Source: Dimorphilus gyrociliatus
Lineage: Eukaryota; Animalia; Annelida
Direction: 5' to 3'
Assembly (NCBI GenBank): GCA_904063045.1
Contig: CAJFCJ010000003.1
Coordinates: 1,984,001 to 2,048,000 of the forward strand
Length of the DNA: 64,000 nucleotides
Part shown: piece after piece, positions 10,060-23,179 of the stretch
Layout of the letters: every line of letters begins with the position of its first letter
How positions within the stretch are numbered: position 1 is the stretch's first letter
The notes under the pieces: generated by a model
The model's database searches: none
The model's input: the letters and a program-made list of their open reading frames with translations, nothing else
Told to the model about the DNA's origin: nothing
Made by a program: the position numbers and the translations under genes

Positions 10060-13000
10060 TTAGTATAAAACAGTGATTTTTTTGAGATTGTTGGATCTTG
10101 TCGAATTGGTAGCGGGACTTTGTATAGTTTGAGTCATATTTATAAAAGATATTGTAGTGCAGTCAAGAGAACGACTACAGTCTGAAGGACCTAATTTATC
10201 ATCATATGAAATTTCACCGGCAGTATAGTCGACTTCAGGAACTAAATTTAAGCATTTCAAAGCCGTTTTAGAACTGTCTGACGAATTCCGGCGAGTTATT
10301 CCGTTATCCTCTACATCATCTACAATCCCAGAATTTGTGTTAACTTCATAAACTTCATTTGAGAGATGATAGTTTGTCCTCAAATTTTCTTTCCTAAAAT
10401 TGAAAAAAAATATACTCAATCTTTTTATCTTTGACTTTCCTTTTTGAATCAAGATTAAATCAAAATTTCAGCAGTTTAGAAAATTCACGACAAAAGCGGC
10501 AACCTTAAAGCGCACACCTTACCATTTCGACAAAACCTTATTCCAGTTTAACAATATGCATAATACTCGTCGCTTTCCTTCTTACGAAGTCTAAGTGGTT
10601 TGCATTGAGAACAGCATAATTACGGTATATACCGACTTACCTTAAGCGAATACAGCAAACTAGAAGGATAATGACTATGATAAGAAGCACTCCACATAAA
10701 ATAGACAATGCAATAATAATTGCAATTGGTGTGCTTGAAACACAGTCATTCTCTTCAATAACTAATCTCGGAAATTCTACAACTATAAAATAAAAAATTA
10801 TATTGAAGATATTTTTAAGTATGACAATGATTGAGAAGATACGAACTGGCTACTGAACTTCCCTGTCGCGGTGGATTACCGCCATCGTCCACAATAAGAT
10901 GGAGCATATATTTATTTGGTGTTATTACAGTTTCTTCAGCTAAAAGATATAATGCTGCTGCTGTTTCATTTACTTTTTCAATTTTGAATATACTGTAGAA
11001 AAAATTAGGTAAAGATAAAAATCTAAAGACCAAGTTGTATCTCACTTTAAGTCATTCATTAATTTAAAATCCAAATTATAGTGAACATCAGCATCTGTGG
11101 CCTTTTTTTTATAAATTAAAAATAATTTTCTACTAAGCGTAACAAATGTTTTACATTTGTTCTACAAATTTATTTTACTAACTGTCACGTGGCCAATTAC
11201 GGATCCATTCTCCCTAGCGGCTTGAAACTGATAATTATCTTTAGAATAGAAACGTAATATCTTTTGAAAACCTGCTTCAGTTAAAATATATACAAACTCT
11301 TGGTAAAAGTTGGGTTATTGTCATTTATATCCATCACTTCAATAATGACTTTAGCTGTAGAAGTCTTTTAAATAAATATACTTAATGTTAAAGAAGTAAG
11401 CATTTGTAGTATATTGTATATTTTCCCACTTACGAAATTGTCAGCTTGAGCTATTACTGTAAAATTGTACATTTGCGCTTCTTCGTAGTCCAGTATTTTC
11501 TTAGTAAAAATATCACCACTGTTAAAAAAAGGGATACTTTTAAAATCTAACATCACAAAATTTAATCGTTTAATGATTTTACGACAATATGAAAATAAGA
11601 GGAACGTCTAATTAGACGCAAAACTAGATAAAATAACAGAAAATAAATTTCTATTAGTAATGTTGTATTCTTTACATACATGTGCTTAATTCATCTAAAA
11701 TCAATAGCTAAACTTAATATTTATTTAATAAATAAATAATGTTAAACAGAATACTAAGTGCTTTTATTCTACATTTTTAGATGGAGTTTTTATGTAGGGT
11801 ACCAAGAGCTTCTAATAAAGCAAACTTACTTTGTTCTAATAACCTTGAAATTTTCACTATTCTGATTTCCCTCCAGAGTATATAACACCCTCTTGGACGT
11901 TCCATTTTGAGTGAAGGCGGCAACGTTAAGAACAAAGGTGTTAGGAGGACTATTTTCGAATATTCTGCTAGAGTAATTTGCATGCAGATATATAGGATCA
12001 GATTCAAGTTCTATTCTTAACATGGCATTTGTAGTCCTATTTGCGTTATTCTCCTGTGTAGCCTTTTAACAGAATTATTTTTCTTATAATATCCTCAAAG
12101 ATTGTAATAAATAAGTAACATTACAGTTATTAAGAGCACAAATAAATTGTTCTCATAGATGACAGGTGACTTCCTCTTGATCGTGACTAAGCCACTAGTC
12201 GGATTAATTTCAAAAAGATCCTTATCTAATAAAACGTGGCAAAAAGTCAAAACGAAAATCATCTTTGGTTATAAAAATACCTCCATCCGCCTTATGTTGA
12301 AGAATGCCATAAATAATATTATTACCAAAAGATACGTCAGGATCCCAGGAAAAAATTCTATTAGGAAAAACCTTAACAACTGTTCCCACATCAGCATTTT
12401 TTTTTATTTTTCCAGTATAAAAGTTAGATGTAAAAAGAGGATTCTCATCATCTGCGTCTTCAATATTAATGTCAATAATCGCCGTTGAGTTTAATTGAGG
12501 ATTTTCAACGTCTTTTACATTTACCACTAATTTAATTAAAGAGACACTTTCATAATCCAATTCCTTTGACAAGAAGACTTTCATTGGGTCGGTAGTCAGA
12601 ATTGCCGAGTTGCTAGCAAGATAGAATTTTTCCTGCAAAAATCGGTCTCATTGCAAACAAACGTGACACAAACATGATATTTTAGCATCTTCCTAAAAAG
12701 AGAAGAGATTACTTTTTTATTTACTTACAGAATGTTTTCCATCTATAATACTATAGATTATTTTCGTGGTTAAACTATCCGCGTCTCGGGAGAGTAACTG
12801 AAATACTTCTGACTTGGGTGGTGTAAACTCGTTTATTGTTACATTACGAGATGATTGCAGTATTTCGGGGGCATTGTCATTAATGTCACGAACATTTACA
12901 TAGACAGTTATTGAGGAGTTCTAATGAAAAAATAAGATATCATTAAAAGATCGTAATTACCATTTCGCCAGAAGAAAGCTACAAACATCAAGATTTTCTC

Positions 13001-13422
13001 CTATTTTTTGGCACCAAATCCTCGTCGTGATTTTTTTCCCTACTGATTCAGAATCGATTCTACTCTTGATAGATATAATTCTTGTTTCCCCATCATAATG
13101 AAAGTAGCGAGTGTCTTCTATACTCGTAAGAACCTCTAGATTCTCTTTACCTAGAATATTGACAGAGCTTACTTTACTTCCAACCGGTAGTTCCTCATCA
13201 ACCAGTAACTCCATCACAAAAAATGGAAAAGTAGTAAGCTGACAGTTGTCTGCCCCTTCTATAAAATAAATAAGCGGAAGATAAAAGTAAAGCATAAGAA
13301 TTAATATTTCATTAGTGGTCGTATTATATTAATTAAATCCTATGAGAAAGGTTTATTTAATGATATGTATTTATACCTGAAATACGAAGGGTTATAGACA
13401 AAATTATAAAAATGAGAAACAT
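10060..13422 (-). CDS. Cadherin-related protein with roughly five to six cadherin repeats and a TM segment; two candidate terminal exons
   Basis: Signal peptide MFLIFIILSITLRIS; cadherin motifs LDYES, LDYEE, DADDENPLF, IFENSPPNT and DDGGNPP; TM TPIAIIIALSILCGVLLIIVIILLVCC at about 10650-10740. Confidence 0.85.
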
Positions 13423-14181
13423 AGCTTGTTCTTTAATGTTATCCGTAAAAACAACGGCTGTGCACGTTTAGCACCATATGCTCGTGCGAACAGTAGCACA
13501 CATAAATAAATTCGATATACCACTACTTTGTCTGGAGCAGAGAAGAGAAAACTACTATCTCATTTTATAACTGAATTTCGAATCTTATAAGCGTGACACG
13601 ATGGCCTTCGAGCTTTGATATATTTCTTTTTTATGGTATTTTTTATGTATGAGATTAGTTTTACAAAAAAGGAATGAGAGGCTGAAAGAAAGTACGATAG
13701 AAAGATTCTAAAGAAACAGCATCTCCTTGTCGATCGATAATTGTTATTAATTATTTCTTGCTCGGGATAGACTTAAATTAATATGTATTCTTCAAATATA
13801 AAAAGCCTGCATACATATTTTTAGAATAAAGATGCAATATATCTATTTTATCTCTTCAATGATTACTATTTTTAACAATAAATATATCAAAATAATTTAT
13901 GTTTCATCTCGTGCGTGGATACACCCCCACTGTTCTCTGCATCAAGCTACTATAATAAATCAACGTAAAAGACTTTAATAAAAATGAACCATAACACATC
14001 ACTTTCAGATTTATATTTAGATACTTTCTCGAAGCATTTACTTTCATAAAATATTACAGTTCATCTACCTGCACTCGTTGGGCCTATAAAAAAGACGCCC
14101 GTATCGTGTAAACAAGCTCCCCCGACATTGTCGGTTGCGCCATCTACGAAGTCTCTTTAATCAGACGACGCCGCGTAGGCG

Positions 14182-15298
14182 ATGGACAGAGTGGAATATC
14201 TTAATCAGTCGTTTGAGATTATTGAAAATTTTTTTCCAAAATTCGATAACGGAGGAAATTCCGTAACGAAAGTATGCTTGATTGTTGCTGCTACGATTCT
14301 TATAACCTTTGGAGCGCTGGGAAATGGCTTAGTCTGTTGGGTTGTATCTACACAAGCTCACATGAGGACGCCTCGAAACATATTTATCGTACTGTATTTT
14401 AAAGAACAAATTATATTACATAATTACTAAGTAAGATGTATTCCATATTCAACAGGCAAATTTGGCAATATCAGATTTGTCGTTATGTGTGATCACCCAG
14501 CCGTTCAACCTGCTAATGATTCATAAGTCATCATGGCCACTTGGAGCAACCATGTGCAAACTTGTGCCTATGTTTGCGGGAACAAATGTGTTTGTCTCAA
14601 CAATGTCGATAGCAGCGATAGCCTTAGATAGATTTCAGATGATCGTCTATCCTACCAGAGACTCTATCAAGCAACTCGGCGCCCTGGCGGCAATCGTAGT
14701 CATCTGGTTCTTATCGATACTCATGGCATCACCGCAGCTGCTCTTTGTACAATATAACGACGCAAGAGAAGATTCCCAGTTCGGTCGCCTTCCACCTATG
14801 TGTATAGAAGGCCATAGTTTCCTATACGAGAAAGCAGCTTATTCTATTTCTTCATTGGTCATACAATACATCGTTCCAATAGTTATAGTGACGTCAACTC
14901 ACGCTAGAATATTTGCTCAGCTAAAACGTAGATTTCGAACAAATCAAATTTCCCGGAATAAACGAGAAGGAAATATCAATAGACGAACAACTAGTTTGCT
15001 ACTTTCTATTGCGCTAACTTTTGGTTTGGCCTGGCTACCTTTAAATATTGTAAATATCATCGCTGATTTTAATTATAAGCAGATGACTGCCCTAGATTCT
15101 CAAAATATTTTAATTGCTCTATGTCATATCTCTACTACTTGTTCTGCCTGTGTTAATCCTGTTTTGTATGGTTGGTTGAATGAAAACTTTAAAAAGGAAT
15201 TCCGCAAAGTTCTCCGTCTGCCTTTGTACAATAATAAAAATCATAGTGCAGGGACTACGAGGATAGACGAAACGAAGTCTCTGCAAGCCATTCCATAA
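14182..15298 (+). CDS. Neuropeptide Y/F (NPF/sNPF/PrRP)-type class A GPCR, 2 exons
   Basis: Intron 14389-14455 joins NIFI to ANLAISDL. Motifs GNGLV, IALDRFQMIVYP, FGLAWLPLN and NPVLYGWLNENFKKEF; N-glycosylation site NQS at the N-terminus. Confidence 0.9.
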
Positions 15299-15359
15299 AT
15301 GTACTTTTTTAATGAATACATAATAAAACTACTGTATTTAATGTAATTATTTATTAATA

Positions 15360-16999
15360 TCATCCCCCACCCGAATTACTCTGTACAAAAATGGTGTAAT
15401 GTGGATGCATACCCAATTCTAATAATGTTTTCTCTACATCTGTAAAAGTTCGTTTAGGAAAGTTTGCGACAAGCTGATGACTCTCTGGAGAGAATCCTGA
15501 CTCTTTCACAAATAAAACTAGAGCTTTTAATTTTGATGTACAAGGTAGTTGCAAAGATTTTCTCTCACCAGATGGAAGTCGTAATACAATATTTGATTTT
15601 TCATCTGAAAAAAGCATTGTAGTTGACTATTTGTCATACAAAAAATTAATTTTAACAAACCAGATTCGTCACCAAAATAATCTGTGTAAAGTTCTGCTTG
15701 TTTTTGCAATTTTTTGGAAGGTTCATTATTTTTAGTTTCCTCGTCACTAGAGTGATACCTCTTAGTGGCTTTCTGTTTACAAGGCGTTACATCGATACAG
15801 TCATCGTCATTTTCATTATTCGTAATGTCTTCGTCGTCATCATCATCATTATTATTATCATCATCGTCTTCGCTCGTTGACAAATATTCTATTTTATTAA
15901 CTTTATTAGTCTCTTGTAGAGATGCTTGTAATGCTTCTTTTATTTGTTCTTCTTCACTCATATCAATTATGCTAATAGATTCAGATAGGTTATTGTCTCC
16001 CTTTTTTTCTTCTGATGGTTTAGAACCTCGCATAACAAATAGCTCCTCAACTAACTCACAGAACGATTTTGCATCCAATTTATTCCAAGCTACAATTCTC
16101 TCTCCAGTTATAGGATCAATAACTGCAATGTAAGGCCATTCGTTGAAATGATAAAATTGCCTATACTTCAATCCTTCTTGACTATCATGATATACTTGCC
16201 AGAAGATAAAATTTTTTTGAATAATGCGCTTAACTTTTGGGCAAGACCAAACGTCTCTATTGAGTATTTGGCAAGAGAATTCTGTTACGTCTTGGATATT
16301 AACCAACAACCATTTGTTTTGCTTTTTACCTTCTTCTCGAGCTGTAAAGAATGGTCCTTTATGAATAAGATCAAGAGGAGGACGGAAAAGTTCTTCGAGA
16401 GTCTGTCTTTTTTGTCCATTAGAATTTGTACTGGAAGCCAGACTTTCAGCTTGAAAATCTCTAAAACCATCGAATACGGAACTTCTATCATTTCTTCGAA
16501 ATCTTTTTGTAGAAGCTATAAAAAGTGAATATTTTGACTTTATAAAAGCTATTAGCCTGTTTAGTGTTAGAGTTTACCATATGGTGGACTGCCGGGTAGA
16601 AGTACTTCAGTTTTAGACGGAATAGGTGGTCTCAGTTCCTCTCTGAAATCACATAAAAATACCAAATTAATTGTTCCCTTGAATTTAAAGTGCTATTAAC
16701 TTACTCATCATCTTCCTTGGGAGTTTCTTCCGGTGAGGGCCCACCCGAATATCCTGGTTTCGTTGAATCCATGTTTTCCATGTACATACCTATTGCCATG
16801 TCTAAATTTCCATTGCAAACTTGTAGTAACTGTCTTGCTATATCTACCTGAGATGAACCTGGAAAGAGCGATAATCGAGAAAAATAAAAAAATCTGTGTA
16901 ATATGCTCAGCTTTAAGTTTCATTGAAGTAAAAATTTCTATATTACGTACCGGTGACAGAACAGAACTTTTCGAGAGTCTCAGCCGAAACTTCTGACAT
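15360..16999 (-). CDS. UBXN7: UBX domain protein 7 (UBA-UAS-UIM-UBX), multi-exon
   Basis: MSEVSAETLEKFCSVTG...ARQLLQVCNGNLDMAI (UBA); LRPPIPSK; FSCQILNRDVWS and IDPITGE (UAS); MSEEEQIKEALQASL (UIM); LRLPSGER and LVANFPKR (UBX). Confidence 0.92.
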
Positions 17000-17521
17000 A
17001 TTTCGACGAACAAAATTTGATTTAGTCGGGTACGACTTAAGTCTGTTAGGAGATCGTTTATTCTTTGGACGCCATCTAGCGATTTTATATATAAAAATTG
17101 CGCCAAACCACAATGAGTCATTTACTTGATAAATATATATTTCAAATTTAATGCATTTCTAAATTTTTTAAAAAAGATAAACTTAGAAGACTTGAAAAAA
17201 AACTTTTAAATTATTAATTAAAATTATTCGTAGCCTGCATTTTTAATTTAAGTTGCTAAACACAATCAGTGGTATATTCGAGATTGTGAGAAAATTTGTT
17301 TAATTTTCTCCTTCATTTCCTCATTTTCTCACTTCTGCTAAGTTTTGAACAACAATAAAAATTTCATCGTCTTTAGATTGTTAATATCTATCTGCAATTG
17401 GAAAATTCAAGACTATATGGGATAGGAGTCAATGAATCAGACGAAAAAACTTGCATGTAATAAATAAAATCAATGTTACATACGACAAAAAACGCTACGG
17501 CTATATAAATAGCACCGTTCT

Positions 17522-19327
17522 TTACACATCATCTTCCGATTCAGCATCACTCTCATCTCTAGTGTATCCAGAAGCTGCAGCCGCTGCGCCCTTACATTCA
17601 ACAAACTCTCCCAACCACTTGGCATTCATATTCTTTACTAATCCAGATAATCTGTGATTCTGATAATATTGTTTGGCCACCAAAAAACCGCTGGTGGTTA
17701 CAGAGCAATCTAACCAAGCTCGTAAAAGGGCTTCGTCTCGTCCTCGTTGTTGAGGAGAGAGAAAATGTAAAGCTAAGAGATTACCCGACTTGTCAGTTAA
17801 TGGTAAATATGTTATTTCATCATTATTGTCCTCTCCGGTTAACCCTACAAGAGCGCTAAAATGACCTCTAGTATATCCTAGAGCAATAGGAGATTTTGAG
17901 CAAAATGAAATTTCCCAGAGGAGTGGCAAATACACGCCTTCGAAGCAAGTTGGGGCCAACCTTTCACCCTTCCATGATTTCAACCACTTTATACTATAAA
18001 CAATTATCGGCCTCCGCATAATATGGGCTAGTGCAAACACATGCAATTGTTCAAGAGGTTCTCCTACCATTTTAGACGCCTGCACGAGTATTTGCCAGTC
18101 GCGCGACAATTGACGTTCATCCAATGTAAAATGTAACGCTTTCGCCGCCATTGCTTCACATTCTCTCCATCGTCTCTCAAAAGCATGACCTCCTTCTATA
18201 AGACTATCAGCTAGAGCTCGGCGCAAAGTATTTTCTTTATCGAATACTCCATAAGTTGCCTGCAGAACAGAATCAAGAAGACAATCACCAGATGTCCTAT
18301 TCCATAAAGGGTATAATCGACTCTGCAGCTGAGTTGTTAATTCTGTATTCCAATTTGTAACTGCTTCTTCTTCCTCCAATTCCTTCTGAACATGTCTATC
18401 AAGAATTTGATCCAAAAGTTCGTTGTTAATATTTGCAGGTAAATGTTCAATTTCACAGGGTAACGAATAGGTGGCAATTTCTGTCACAAAGGAGCAAGCA
18501 AATTCGCCTTTCCGAACTCGAATGACTGTTGAGAGGTGGTGAAGTATTTCTTTACAGATATCTGGTGATGCGTGTGAAGGGAGACGCTTTTTTGCTTTTT
18601 TCATGCACTCAGTTGAAGCTAAAATAACCCTAAGCATATCATCTTGACGAAATCTGATAGCTAGGTGTACAAGATTCTGATTAGGCTGGAAAGCACTAGG
18701 TCTATCCAATAAACTACACTCTTCTTCTGTTAAACTTCTAGTAGGATCACCTCCCGAGGTAAGATAAGCCTCTACAGGTAATATATTGTTTTCGAGGACC
18801 CCTCTACACGCATTTAGCCATAATAACTCTTTTCTGTATAAGGTTTGTCGTCTACGATTATCTTTCGAAGCTGAAGCTCCTTCGCAAAACGGCGGAGAAG
18901 GGCTTTTTCTAGGTGTCCCACATATAGCACATTTCCAGGATTTCATAAGATTGTCCAAAGTGCAATTCCTACAAGACCATTTATTATCAATTCCTCCACT
19001 AGCAAGGTTTTCTTCACTAATTGCCCTAACTGATCTTGGCTTTGGAGTTAGACACTGCACGCATTTAAGCGCTTTAGGCCAATTTAAATAAGTACATGCG
19101 CAACATGGCCATTTCTCACTTGATCTAGGACTTATTGTTCCACTGTTGCTAGGACCTGCATGATCACTATTATCTGCTAAAGATAAAACAGCCATCTTGT
19201 ATATGTCGCGTTCATTTGTTGCATCGTCGGTGACGTATGAAGGCCTAGGTGCTGTACACAATGTACATTTTCGTGAAGCTATGTAATTTTCATATGTGCA
19301 ACGTTCACATCGCCACTTAGATTCCAT
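17522..19327 (-). CDS. ZRANB1: TRABID deubiquitinase (3 NZF zinc fingers, AnkUBD, OTU), intronless CDS
   Basis: Three W.C..CT..N......C..C NZF motifs; OTU catalytic Cys in SGDCLLDS and His in RGHFSAL. Confidence 0.96.
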   Translation of the reverse strand: MESKWRCERCTYENYIASRKCTLCTAPRPSYVTDDATNERDIYKMAVLSLADNSDHAGPSNSGTISPRSSEKWPCCACTYLNWPKALKCVQCLTPKPRSVRAISEENLASGGIDNKWSCRNCTLDNLMKSWKCAICGTPRKSPSPPFCEGASASKDNRRRQTLYRKELLWLNACRGVLENNILPVEAYLTSGGDPTRSLTEEECSLLDRPSAFQPNQNLVHLAIRFRQDDMLRVILASTECMKKAKKRLPSHASPDICKEILHHLSTVIRVRKGEFACSFVTEIATYSLPCEIEHLPANINNELLDQILDRHVQKELEEEEAVTNWNTELTTQLQSRLYPLWNRTSGDCLLDSVLQATYGVFDKENTLRRALADSLIEGGHAFERRWRECEAMAAKALHFTLDERQLSRDWQILVQASKMVGEPLEQLHVFALAHIMRRPIIVYSIKWLKSWKGERLAPTCFEGVYLPLLWEISFCSKSPIALGYTRGHFSALVGLTGEDNNDEITYLPLTDKSGNLLALHFLSPQQRGRDEALLRAWLDCSVTTSGFLVAKQYYQNHRLSGLVKNMNAKWLGEFVECKGAAAAASGYTRDESDAESEDDV

Positions 19328-19591
19328 AACTATTTGCTGTAAAATCAATCAGTCGTATAACAAGAGCGATCCTTATTTAATACTTACCCACTGTTGCGAA
19401 GCAAACACAACTGCGATTTTAGTATTGGAAAATGTATGTGAGAATCACATGAGTAACTAGGTCAATAGAAATTAGGAAAGAAAAGATTACAGTTGATGTT
19501 TTGAGCAATCATCAAATGTGAAACGTTAAAATCTAAGACATAGTATATAATTTCACTACACTTCTACAATGTTGTTATTCAACATTGACTT

Positions 19592-19601
19592 CCGCCATTT
19601 T
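19592..19601 (-). promoter_or_regulatory. YY1-type motif (AAAATGGCGG) fused to an ETS half-site (GGAAGT) in the ZRANB1/RIC3 divergent promoter
   Basis: Plus strand gacttccgccatttt reads AAAATGGCGGAAGTC on the minus strand. Confidence 0.5.
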
Positions 19602-19842
19602 GAATGTGAATAGGTCGAAAAAATTTGATGTTTTTATTCTTTGCTTGATTATATGATTTATTTCTCTTTAAGGTTTAAGAAATTTTGAATAGCCCCACAA
19701 GAATTAATAAATCAAGACAATTTTCCATTGATTACATACGAAAAAGCTTATGATATTCTTGAGTGCGCATGCGTAATTTTGATTTCTTCTAGGAATAATA
19801 ATAAACAGTTTATAAAATCTATCTTGAAGAATACGGCCCAAA

Positions 19843-20832
19843 ATGGAAATGACAACCGCAAAAACAATAGCCGTTTTTGCTGTAATTGTTGGTTGCTTTG
19901 CCGTTTTATATCCCAAAATATTCCATCCAATGTTAATGCATGCTCTTGGAATGGAATCTAAGAAATCAGCATCTGATCCTTTCTTAAATAGAGTTCCTCC
20001 TCATCTGCGCCGTCCGACAACTAATTCCAGAGGTGGAATGGATGATCAAACAGTCAGGCATATGAAAGCCGGAGTTCATCCAGGTATGAGAGCAGCAGCT
20101 GAAATGCACAAGCAAACAGCTTCGCAAGGAGGTGGGGGAGGGGGTAAAGGCTTAATGAGCATTGTTCTTCCTCTCTATGCTGTTGGTATTGTTATATACC
20201 TAATTTACACATTATCAAAAGTTTTCGGAAAGAAGGATGTCAGGGATACTGAGGGAATTGAAGATTCAGGTTCTCGTCACATTCGAAAAGGCAAGGAACC
20301 AAAAGCACCACCTCCAAAAAATGTTAAGAAAAAGCAATTGGAGAAATTATTAATAAAAGTCGATGACAATGAAGTAACCGATGTGGAAATGAAAGAACTT
20401 CGTCAAAGGCTGTTGGAAACGGAAAAACAAATGACTAAGATTCTACAAGCTATGCAACAAGTTCAACAAAAAGTAGGAGTGGATAATGTCGAAGATGTCT
20501 TAGCTAAATGTGCTGAGACAGTAAATGATGTAAAACAACAAGTCAGGGGTAAAAAAAAATCTCGGATCATAGACGATCTTTCCGAAGAGGAAGATATGAT
20601 AGAAGAGGAAAAGAGTGAAGATGAAGAAGATGAAGATCTACAAGAGGAGGAGATAGATGAAGAATCAGACAGTGAAGATAAGGAATCTGCTAATAAGGAT
20701 TACCCTAGTGATATTTCTGAATCAGACAATGAAAGTGATACAGTGGAGGAGATAAAATTACCTAAGAAGACTCAAAAAACTGTTAAAGAGACCAAAGAGC
20801 TCAGAAAAAGAAGAGTACAGAGAGAATCGTGA
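19843..20832 (+). CDS. RIC3: RIC-3 nicotinic acetylcholine receptor chaperone, intronless
   Basis: TM1 IAVFAVIVGCFAVLYPKIF, Pro/Gly linker, TM2 LMSIVLPLYAVGIVIYLIYTLSK, coiled coil LRQRLLETEKQMTKIL, acidic tail. Confidence 0.92.
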   Translation: MEMTTAKTIAVFAVIVGCFAVLYPKIFHPMLMHALGMESKKSASDPFLNRVPPHLRRPTTNSRGGMDDQTVRHMKAGVHPGMRAAAEMHKQTASQGGGGGGKGLMSIVLPLYAVGIVIYLIYTLSKVFGKKDVRDTEGIEDSGSRHIRKGKEPKAPPPKNVKKKQLEKLLIKVDDNEVTDVEMKELRQRLLETEKQMTKILQAMQQVQQKVGVDNVEDVLAKCAETVNDVKQQVRGKKKSRIIDDLSEEEDMIEEEKSEDEEDEDLQEEEIDEESDSEDKESANKDYPSDISESDNESDTVEEIKLPKKTQKTVKETKELRKRRVQRES

Positions 20833-21174
20833 ATCTGAATTCCAAAATAGAAAACATTGCTGTTTTTAGTTTAGATTTATAATGTATGTATATATATATA
20901 TATGTGTTTTATCGAAGTCTTAATATAATTCAAAATGCGCGCCAGCGCGACGCACTACGTATTTGTCACCGTAACAACGACGTCAACCGGAAATCGTCTT
21001 TGGAAAGAGAAAAACGTTGACCTTGACCTTAAAATTTTTGTAAAGGCTTTAATTTAAGAAAAGACTTCTAGCCTAAAAAGCGTCTATCTTATTTGATTTT
21101 TGTTTTCATTTCCAAGGGTAATCCAAAGTTCTTAGTCAGTCTGCTATTATCGAAACATTGTAGGTATATTTGTG

Positions 21175-23179
21175 ATGACTCGGTCGCAGAAGCGTGTCGA
21201 ACTGAAGCCGCAAATTAGTTTGAAGGTTAACGAGTTGTTTGATGAATGGCTAAGTAACCTAAGCGTTCGAGAACAGTTACTTATTAATTTGGAACGAATT
21301 CGCAATGGCGAAAGAGTTGTCCCATTTACCCCATCTTTCAAAAATCGTTGCCAATCGCCAAGAAATCGTATCAGCTCTCCTCCAGCCCCTCGAAATGCTG
21401 CAAGTCCATCTCCACGTTCTCCAAGAAAAGCTTTGATCTCAGAGCATCGGCCTTTAAGGGTAGGTGGCGTTTTTTAAAAGTTTAATTGAAAAAGTTTGCA
21501 AGAGAAATATTTTATTAAAATCAATAAGTATTGTACAATAGTAGATTGCTCGTCTTATTTACACATTGTCTTAGGCCGTCAGTAACGTGTGTGCGTAGGT
21601 TAGTGCAGGCGGTGCGCAGGCTATGCAGGCTGTGCAGCGCTGTTGCAGTAGTGCAGTCTGTCTATACACACGTACACTAATAAGGACCGAAAGAATGATT
21701 GTTTACGACAGAATCAGCATCTATCGAACATGTTCTGTTGATACAAGGTGGTGTAGAGCCGTGCATTGCTGTGTTAAGTGTACATACACTGATTGTTCGG
21801 CTATACACTATGGGTTGTGTAAACCTTGTCTTAAACCGCTTATAAAGGTACCATTAAGATATAAATTTCATGTTAATGAACTTTTTGTAACTTTTTGACA
21901 GACCTCCCAAGAAACATCTGATAAATTTTTGCGAGAAAAGGAGCAGGAACTTAAAGCTAAGAAGAGTCGGGCTAAAAAGCAGCACATTCCAAAGTTCTTT
22001 TTTCCATTTGGTCAACAACAGCTGAGTGAAAAGGATTTGAACGATATTATTAAAAAATTAACAGAAATTTTCGCTCAATTCCCCTCCGGAAATGCAAAAA
22101 AGCAGCATATGCCCATGATAATGAAAGCACTTTGTCTGCCGCTCTATTGGAAAGCATTAGTTTACCAATCGGCTGCTGATGTAAAAGGACGTATCACATT
22201 ACAAAATGCCGTCTATCTATGCAAAAAATTGTATGAAACGAATCATGATGAGGCATCTCGTTTTCTGTATTTGGCGGCAAAGAATAACAGTTTTATAATG
22301 CAAGAGGATCTTAAATGTTTGGTGCAAGACGTCATCGAGAGTCATCCAGGTCTGTCTTTTCTCCAGAAAGAGGTAGACTTTCATCCAAAATACGTTTTAA
22401 CTGTGATTGCCCGTATATTCTATTCGGTCAATCGTTCATGGAGTGGCAAGATTACAGTTCCCGAGCTAAGAAAAAGTAATTTTTTACAAACTCTTCGGTT
22501 ATTGGAAGATGAGGAAGATATTAATAGGATAACTGATTATTTTTCTTACGAACATTTTTATGTAATATATTGCAAATTTTGGGAGTTAGATACTGATCAC
22601 GATCTATTTATTAGTAAACAAGAATTAGCAAGGCATAACAATGATGCTATTTCTTCTAGAATGGTTGATAGAATCTTCAGTGGTACAGTCATGAGAGAAC
22701 GGAAGCATAAAGAACGAATGTCATATTATGATTTTGTTTGGTTTTTATTATCAGAAGAGGACAAAAAACAACCAACAAGCATCGAGTACTGGTTTCGATG
22801 TATGGATCTTGACGGAGATGGGTTCATTTCCATGTATGAAATGCAATATTTTTATGAGGAACAAGTTGCAAAAATGGAACAAATGGGCTTCGAAACTTTA
22901 CCGTTTGAAGATTGTCTCTGTCAAATGTTTGATATGGTCAAACCCTCCAAGAAAAATCTCATTAGTTTATCTGACTTGAAAGCTTGTAAACAAACTAATA
23001 TTTTCTTCGACACGTTTTTCAATTTGGAGAAATATCTAGAGCACGAGCAGCGCGATCCTTTTGCCAATGTTCAAGATTCAGAAAATGGAGACGGGCCACA
23101 AACTGATTGGGAAAGATTTGCTGCAGAAGAGTACGAAATTCTTATTAGTGAGGAAGGAGTGGACAACGATGCTCAGTAA
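21175..23179 (+). CDS. PPP2R3: PP2A regulatory subunit B'' (PR72/PR70 family, EF-hand)
   Basis: Exon 21175-21459 (LKVNELFDEWLS) splices in phase 0 to 21902-23179. Motifs IPKFFFP, YFSYEHFYVIYCKFWELDTDHD, IEYWFRCMDLDGDG and DWERFAAEEYEIL. Confidence 0.95.

Noticed and set aside
20128-20153. G-rich tract GGAGGTGGGGGAGGGGG in RIC3 as an RNA G-quadruplex
   Set aside because: Fully explained by a poly-Gly codon run, with no further support.
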